A stretch of 64,000 nucleotides of DNA from an uncultured archaeon. GTDB lineage: Archaea; Asgardarchaeota; Thorarchaeia; Thorarchaeales; Thorarchaeaceae. The translations under genes were made by a program, and so were the position numbers. Numbering within the stretch: the stretch's first letter is position 1; each line of letters starts with the position of its first letter. Shown here piece after piece: positions 58,302 through 64,000 of the stretch. Under the pieces are notes generated by a model. It saw nothing but the letters and a program-made list of their open reading frames with translations. It ran no database searches and had not been told where the DNA came from. The DNA lies in NCBI GenBank assembly GCA_964473825.1, contig CAYYQL010000001.1, forward strand, positions 192,001 through 256,000, read 5' to 3'.

Positions 58302-59570
58302 ATGGTTGAAGACTCCAGAATTTCGGGCTATTATAAGCTCTCCAGAGAAGAGAGAGTCAAACGGCTCAAGAAACTGACTGGCCTCTCCGAAGAAGAGATG
58401 GCACCCCTTGTCAATCCCTGTGAAGTAGACATGGACATTCTTGATCACATGATAGAGAATGTTGTTGGCACCATGACACTCCCACTTGGCATCGCCACGA
58501 ATTTCCGCGTAAATGACAAAGACTATCTCATTCCTATGGCGATTGAAGAGCCATCTGTGGTTGCTGCCGCTAGTAATGCAGCGAGGATTGCTCGCTCTCA
58601 CGGAGGATTTCACGCGACAGACAGTGGATCGGTGATGATAGCTCAGATCCAAGCGGTCCAAGTACCCGCACCCTTCGAAGCGAAGGTTAGAATACTTGAG
58701 GAAAAACGTGACATTATCGACTTGGCGAATGAGCAGGATCCGATTCTTGTAAAATTCGGAGGTGGAGCAAGAGACGTCCGAGTCCGCGTCATCGACTCAA
58801 GTGTGGGACCCATGCTCATAACCGAACTACTCGTTGATACAAGAGACGCAATGGGGGCAAATGCCGTCAACACCATGGCCGAGGCCATAGCACCCAAGAT
58901 TGAGAAGATATCAGGAGGGAAGGTCCTGCTTCGTATTCTCTCCAATCTTGCAGATTTACGATTGGTGAACGCGAGGGCAGTATTCGACAAGGAGATGCTG
59001 GGCGGAGAAGAAGTGGTTGATGCCATCATCGCAGCATGGGCATTTGCCGAGGCCGATCCCTATCGTTGTGCCACTCACAACAAGGGAATCATGAACGGAA
59101 TCGACGCAGTTGTGATAGCAACCGGCAATGATTTCCGAGCCATTGAGTCGGGAGCTCACTCCTTTGCTGCAAAAGACGGCTATAGCTCCCTCACCAAATT
59201 CGAAAAGACATCCGAAGGGCACCTTGCAGGAAGCATAGAGATACCGATGGCCGTTGGTCTTGTTGGAGGAGCCACCAAGGTCCATCCAGTCGCACGAGCA
59301 TGTGTCAGGATTCTAGGAGTAGAAACCTCAACAGAGCTCGGTCATGTGATTGCCTCAGTGGGTCTCGCTCAGAATGTTGCCGCGCTGAGAGCCCTAGCTT
59401 CAGAGGGCATCCAGAAGGGACACATGGCACTGCATGCAAGGAATGTCGCGGCCACAGCAGGGGCAAAAGGCGACGAGATCGAGAAAGTGGCAGCACAGCT
59501 TGTGAAAGAAGAGCGAATCAATGTGGAGAGAGCAAAGGAAATTCTTGCAGAGCTCGAGTTGTCCGAATAA
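58302..59570 (+). CDS. mvaA: Hydroxymethylglutaryl-CoA reductase, class II
   Basis: ENVVG, EEPSVVAA, DAMGAN, THNKGIMNG, GNDFRA, GIQKGHM.LH. Confidence 0.96.
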   Translation: MVEDSRISGYYKLSREERVKRLKKLTGLSEEEMAPLVNPCEVDMDILDHMIENVVGTMTLPLGIATNFRVNDKDYLIPMAIEEPSVVAAASNAARIARSHGGFHATDSGSVMIAQIQAVQVPAPFEAKVRILEEKRDIIDLANEQDPILVKFGGGARDVRVRVIDSSVGPMLITELLVDTRDAMGANAVNTMAEAIAPKIEKISGGKVLLRILSNLADLRLVNARAVFDKEMLGGEEVVDAIIAAWAFAEADPYRCATHNKGIMNGIDAVVIATGNDFRAIESGAHSFAAKDGYSSLTKFEKTSEGHLAGSIEIPMAVGLVGGATKVHPVARACVRILGVETSTELGHVIASVGLAQNVAALRALASEGIQKGHMALHARNVAATAGAKGDEIEKVAAQLVKEERINVERAKEILAELELSE

Positions 59571-59647
59571 TCGAACACCTTTACGAAATATCCCGAAGTT
59601 GTTCGCACCAGCAACATATTTGTACAGCACACCTCTAAATAGACGAA

Positions 59648-60430
59648 ATGAGTCAGTGGGAAACAGGTCTAGCTGATATTACAGGGGTCGAACACGATAT
59701 GGAAGACGAATGCTCTCAGTGGGAAAGACTAGCCGGCGAATTTGCAGAAGCAGAGAAATTCTACCAAGCTGGCAATCAATACAAACAGGCTGCTGAATGC
59801 TACTTGGACAGGGCCATAGCCATGACCAGACTCGCTGCCGAGAACTATCACATTCACGCTGAAACAAGCGTAGAGAAAGACGACTACAAGACCGCCGCAC
59901 GAGCGTATTTTAAGGCGGCAAGTCAATACCGAAAAGTCAGTGAACACGATACTGCACTTACGCTTTTTGAAAACGCGGCCGAGTATGCACTAGAGGAAGA
60001 CATGATTGAAACAGCGGCGCAGGCCTACCTCTGGGCAGCGTATGCGTGCCATAGACTCGACAACAGGGAGTACTTCCTTACGTGTGCAAAGAACATGGGT
60101 GAGCTGTACAATCAGGCTGCAGAGAGGGCACTTCAAGATGGGAAGGCCGAGAGAGCCGTGATTGACCTATCCCTTGCTGCCATGGGGTATGCAACTATCG
60201 AACAGAAGGATACGGCCCGCGAGAGCATTGCAAAGGCAGAGAAGATAATTGACAAGACTCGATGGGGCTGGTTGAAAACCCTGATGTCATTTAGTAAGGC
60301 TCTAACAGAGGGGCATCTTGAAACGGCAGAGGACATACACAGGTCTTTCAATGAAGAAGAAACAATCCAAGAAGTCATGGGCGCCTGCCTAGACATACTG
60401 CATGAGAGGCGGAAGAAGAAAGGAGCCTAG
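59648..60430 (+). CDS. All-helical SNAP/TPR-like repeat protein
   Basis: Repeated A..Y..AA..Y helices with ~20-aa spacing. Confidence 0.75.
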   Translation: MSQWETGLADITGVEHDMEDECSQWERLAGEFAEAEKFYQAGNQYKQAAECYLDRAIAMTRLAAENYHIHAETSVEKDDYKTAARAYFKAASQYRKVSEHDTALTLFENAAEYALEEDMIETAAQAYLWAAYACHRLDNREYFLTCAKNMGELYNQAAERALQDGKAERAVIDLSLAAMGYATIEQKDTARESIAKAEKIIDKTRWGWLKTLMSFSKALTEGHLETAEDIHRSFNEEETIQEVMGACLDILHERRKKKGA

Positions 60431-60440
60431 AAGCCCAATA

Positions 60441-61691
60441 CTAATCAACATGGACAATCCCTGTCTTCTCAAGGTCAACAGATCCGTCGGCCGATTTTGC
60501 TGTCACGACCAAGGACTGGTCCCCAATTTGCACTGCCCGGATGTAGAACTGCAGTCTCATGTTCTCCCCCACACCTACGAACTGGATAGACTTCGATTCA
60601 CTTCCGATGGATATCTCTAGCCCAGGCGTGAGCTTCAATTCCACATTGATATTGTTTGCAGCGCCTCGGCCTTTATTGAACAACTCGATGTCGAAGACGA
60701 GCTCATCCCCTAGTCCGCAGGTGATATCAGCGGGGGTAAGCTGAATGTCAACATCCGATGGAGCGGGCTCTATGTCAAATCGGAGTGTGTTGCTGTGTTT
60801 GTTCACCAGAACTTCTTGACCTTCGAGTGTCAGTCTTATCGGACCCAGTACCCCGTCACCACTCAACACCGGATTAATCACCATCAACCAAGAGCCTGTC
60901 TTGGAAAGCTTACTATCTATGTCAGGCTCACTTACCAGACTGAGGCTGTTCGACAGACTGAAGCGCTTGTCTACAACTCGTACAGGAACAGGGCATTCGT
61001 ATCTTAACTCGAACTCAATGGGGGTCCTTGACTTAACACTCTCTCTGCGTTGTCCAGCCCACTCTAGGACCACTTCGGTCTGCTGAGCCCGTCGTACTGA
61101 GGCAACTACAAACTCAATCAGTGGCTTCTCCCTCTCATCAGGTTTGAAACGGCGAACCGCATCGTCAATTTCCTTTGCCGGAATCTCGTCTCCTTCACAG
61201 AGAACTCCAACAGCAATCCGTGCAAGCTCGTGGGCATGACCGGGACTGCCACTGGACCCGCTGAGTCGTTTTGTTGATTTCTTGAAGAGGTTAACAGCTG
61301 TATCGAAACTCCTAGCGGCTAGGTGACAGAGTGCAGCAATTGCCAATGCACGAGTAGACTCACTCGGCTTCTTCTGTCGAAACAGGTGGTCTGCAGCCTC
61401 CGAATAGAGAGAACCTGCTTGCGGGTACTGCGCGTCCTGAGCAAGGAGCCTTCCCGCCTCCTGCTTCATGCGGGCAGCACGAACGTGATCTTCGTATTCC
61501 AGTGCGCAATATGCAGACTCTCTGTAGTACTTGACAGCGAAGTCGATCTGCTCCGCCTCGACGAATAGACTTGCAGCCTTCTCGTACTCACTACTCGCGT
61601 AATCGGGATAACCCTCTACGGCCTCGTCAAGTGCCTTCTCGACATGTTTTTTGGCTTTGCTCTCTGGGTCTCTTCGAAAGAAGCTGAACAT
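60441..61691 (-). CDS. SNAP-like alpha-solenoid fused to two Ig-like beta-sandwich domains
   Basis: N-terminal ~200 aa of SNAP-type repeats; C-terminal beta-rich domains with N.G.G.A.N..V (CARDB/DUF11-like). Confidence 0.78.
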   Translation of the reverse strand: MFSFFRRDPESKAKKHVEKALDEAVEGYPDYASSEYEKAASLFVEAEQIDFAVKYYRESAYCALEYEDHVRAARMKQEAGRLLAQDAQYPQAGSLYSEAADHLFRQKKPSESTRALAIAALCHLAARSFDTAVNLFKKSTKRLSGSSGSPGHAHELARIAVGVLCEGDEIPAKEIDDAVRRFKPDEREKPLIEFVVASVRRAQQTEVVLEWAGQRRESVKSRTPIEFELRYECPVPVRVVDKRFSLSNSLSLVSEPDIDSKLSKTGSWLMVINPVLSGDGVLGPIRLTLEGQEVLVNKHSNTLRFDIEPAPSDVDIQLTPADITCGLGDELVFDIELFNKGRGAANNINVELKLTPGLEISIGSESKSIQFVGVGENMRLQFYIRAVQIGDQSLVVTAKSADGSVDLEKTGIVHVD

Positions 61692-61766
61692 GAGATTTAA
61701 CTCCACTTGATACCAATAGACTCGTTAGTGGCCTCAAGAGGTGTTTTATCGCTTTCGGCCGTGGTG

Positions 61767-62981
61767 ATGCATTTGGAAGAAACACCCATCTACTGGAAAA
61801 ATCCTGAGAAGAACACATTTCAAGTCAGAGTTCAGCAGTGTAGAAAAGAAGACGAACACTTCGAGGTACGTCTAGATCAGCCAGTGGTGCGCCCTGAAGG
61901 AGGTGGTCAGGCTGGAGACCGTGGTCATCTACACTCTGGCGAGAATGTCGTCGATGTCTTTGATGTTGTTGATAGACACGGAGAAACAGTTCTTATGTGC
62001 AGCCAGCTCATAGCGGAGGGGAGCGAAGCAGTTCTGGAAATCGATATGGGTTGGCGAAGAGGCCTCATGCAGAATCACTCTGCTGAGCATCTCTTCGTGA
62101 TGATGATGAAGAGTGTCAGACCGGAGACCCGACTCGGCTACATCTGGATTACTGGTGACAAGGGCGTAGTGGATATTCATGCCGACTTGATCAAATTCAA
62201 TGATCTCGTGAGAGGAGAGAAGAGAGTCAATGACGTAATCGACCAAGGTATACCTATGACATGGAAACTGGTTGCCCCAGATGAACTCCCAGACGAAGTC
62301 CGCGCACGGGACGGAATTGAGGCGAAACACGAACAGATTCGGGTCGTGTCTTTCGGAGACCTCGACAGCTCAGCCTGTTCGGGAACCCATGTTTCCAACA
62401 CGGCCGAGATAGGTTTCTTCAAAGTTGTAGATTTCAGACGACTTGAAGATGGTGTCAGAGTTGAGTTCGTCACAGGGTCTCATGCAAAGCAGGCTACGAC
62501 AGAGGTGTACAACATCACTCTGGACAAGAGGCATGAGTACACCTTCGAAATGGAACAGCTAGGAGCGATAATCGAGAAGAGCAGGATACTCGATAACCAA
62601 TTGAATCTATTGCTCGGCACATCACAAGAGCTACTGGCTCAAGCAATCGACTGGAAACGCTTGGGCAAAGTCAGCTTCGACGCGAAATACCTGCCAGGAT
62701 TCGAAATTGGAGAGTTAAGGAAACTCATCAAGCAGATTCCCTTCACAGGTGCAGGTGCAGCCCTCTTCTTTGTTCCGGACGAAAAGCCGAGTTTCATCTT
62801 CGTCACAAATGAGATTGACAAAGAGGCAAAGAATCTGATAGCAGATGTGGTGGAAGACCTCGGAGGTAGAGGCGGGGGAAGTCGTGATGTTTACACCGGT
62901 GGATTCTCTGAAGTCGGGCAACCATTGGAGTTGTATCAGAAGATGCTGGAAAGGATCAGATTTCGCCTGCAGACTCTCTGA
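61767..62981 (+). CDS. Alanyl-tRNA editing protein (AlaX-L type, C-terminal DHHA1)
   Basis: PEGGGQAGDRG, QNHSAEH, CSGTHV, GGRGGG. Confidence 0.9.
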   Translation: MHLEETPIYWKNPEKNTFQVRVQQCRKEDEHFEVRLDQPVVRPEGGGQAGDRGHLHSGENVVDVFDVVDRHGETVLMCSQLIAEGSEAVLEIDMGWRRGLMQNHSAEHLFVMMMKSVRPETRLGYIWITGDKGVVDIHADLIKFNDLVRGEKRVNDVIDQGIPMTWKLVAPDELPDEVRARDGIEAKHEQIRVVSFGDLDSSACSGTHVSNTAEIGFFKVVDFRRLEDGVRVEFVTGSHAKQATTEVYNITLDKRHEYTFEMEQLGAIIEKSRILDNQLNLLLGTSQELLAQAIDWKRLGKVSFDAKYLPGFEIGELRKLIKQIPFTGAGAALFFVPDEKPSFIFVTNEIDKEAKNLIADVVEDLGGRGGGSRDVYTGGFSEVGQPLELYQKMLERIRFRLQTL

Positions 62982-63434
62982 TCATTTAAGACCATATTTC
63001 GCTGCGATCTCTGTCCAGAATTTCTTTACAGCCCAAGGGACGGCCAAGAACTCTGCCCTGAAACTATCGAAATGAAAGCCCTGAACCATCATCTCTTGCG
63101 ATGTCCCAATGACCTCTCTTTCTTCGTGGTAGTCGAAGCATATTTCCGCATACTTGCGGTTCATGGCGAGCAAATCTAGAAACAATCGCTCTCGTACCTC
63201 ATCTGGCACTTCTTTCAGGGGGATAACGTCACTATACACTTGGACCCATTTATCGGTGGGTTGGATACAAACAGTATACCGGAACTGGGCATCATCACTC
63301 GTCGCGGAAGGGCTGGCCGGCTTCTCGTCTTTGCGTTCAGTGAATGTCAACTCGAATCGTCCCTTCTTCTCATTCCATGTGTGCTTCATTTCGAGAAGGT
63401 CTAGGTAATCAGCAATCTGTTCCTTAGTATCCAA
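62982..63434 (-). CDS. YbjN / type III chaperone-fold protein
   Basis: KW..V...EVP....LF..LL..N.K pattern shared with 41830-42240. Confidence 0.7.
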   Translation of the reverse strand: MDTKEQIADYLDLLEMKHTWNEKKGRFELTFTERKDEKPASPSATSDDAQFRYTVCIQPTDKWVQVYSDVIPLKEVPDEVRERLFLDLLAMNRKYAEICFDYHEEREVIGTSQEMMVQGFHFDSFRAEFLAVPWAVKKFWTEIAAKYGLK

Positions 63435-63504
63435 TCAACTCACCACTTCCTCAGACATTCACTCTCATTTTAAGTGTGATGCGACAACCCATCTCCAGCT
63501 TGTT

Positions 63505-63999
63505 TCATAAGAGGGGGACACTGCTCCAGTTCACCCAGTAGACCGACATGACTGGTCGAGCACAGATTACATTGTCTGTCAGATTCACAGTATAAAGACG
63601 GCGAGCCGCATTTCCAAGAGCAGGCCTCCAGATTCTATACCACACCTCAAACAGCACGAGATACTCACAGCCATGATCACGCAGATATTGTAGGGTTTGG
63701 GATAGAGTCAAGTTCATGTGGGTCATATCTGGAGTGACAAGACCCAAGAGATCGATAACCTGTCGCTCTGAGAAGAAACGAATTGCACCGACATCACTGA
63801 TAGCCAGTACTGCATCCGACGGTGTGTTCTCGTTGATCCAGGAACCGATTGTTACTTGCATTTCATTTATGTTCTTGACCGCGTTACCGAAGAACTGTGC
63901 TTGGTGGTTGTAAGCCCCGACAGTTGGAGCCACTAGAAGACCTATGATGACAAAGCTCACTGCAGCGTGACGAAAAGTAGCACTCGGTATTATTCGATT
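63505..63999 (-). CDS. C-terminal part of a membrane glycosyltransferase-like (GT-C/ArnT-type) protein; 5' end outside the window
   Basis: Last TM then W..NTP.DAVLA.DVGAIRFFSER.VIDLLGLVTP; frame open to the window end. Confidence 0.6.
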   Translation of the reverse strand, partial: NRIIPSATFRHAAVSFVIIGLLVAPTVGAYNHQAQFFGNAVKNINEMQVTIGSWINENTPSDAVLAISDVGAIRFFSERQVIDLLGLVTPDMTHMNLTLSQTLQYLRDHGCEYLVLFEVWYRIWRPALGNAARRLYTVNLTDNVICARPVMSVYWVNWSSVPLL

Positions 64000-64000
64000 C

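Overview
Archaeal genomic window, densely coding, with about 50 genes. I saw no rRNA, tRNA, CRISPR array, transposase or integrase. Archaeal identity rests on TFB, an archaeal/eukaryote-type GlyRS and CoaD, and TATA promoters. The gene mix (MutS1+MutL, class II HMG-CoA reductase, group 3b [NiFe] hydrogenase, cytoplasmic reductive dehalogenase, SNAP-like solenoids) suggests an Asgard archaeon, probably Thorarchaeia; this is inference and was not tested. Most of the window is housekeeping or metabolic: hydBGDA, tldD/pmbA, rpe, tal, a 2-hydroxyacyl-CoA dehydratase operon, acyl-CoA ligases, ferritin, coaD, glyS, HMG-CoA reductase and AlaX. A decaying accessory segment at about 22.9-28.8 kb holds a frameshifted pseudogene, a secreted protein plus ABC exporter cassette, and an hppA remnant. 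The best candidates for new biology are: (1) two convergent SNAP (soluble NSF attachment protein)-like genes at 59.6-61.7 kb, one gamma-SNAP-like and fused to two Ig-like domains; (2) a TAT-less reductive dehalogenase with an N-terminal ABCE1/RLI-type Fe-S domain next to an acyl-CoA synthetase; (3) a membrane protein with an ectodomain, Zn ribbon and winged helix downstream of the hydrogenase operon; (4) a macro plus degenerate-macro tandem divergent from a NUDIX gene; (5) a 1954-aa Trp/Tyr-rich surface protein beside a 905-aa SpoIIM-fusion membrane protein. All family calls come from motif recognition by eye; no searches were run. Several start codons were moved from the ORF track to a more plausible downstream start.
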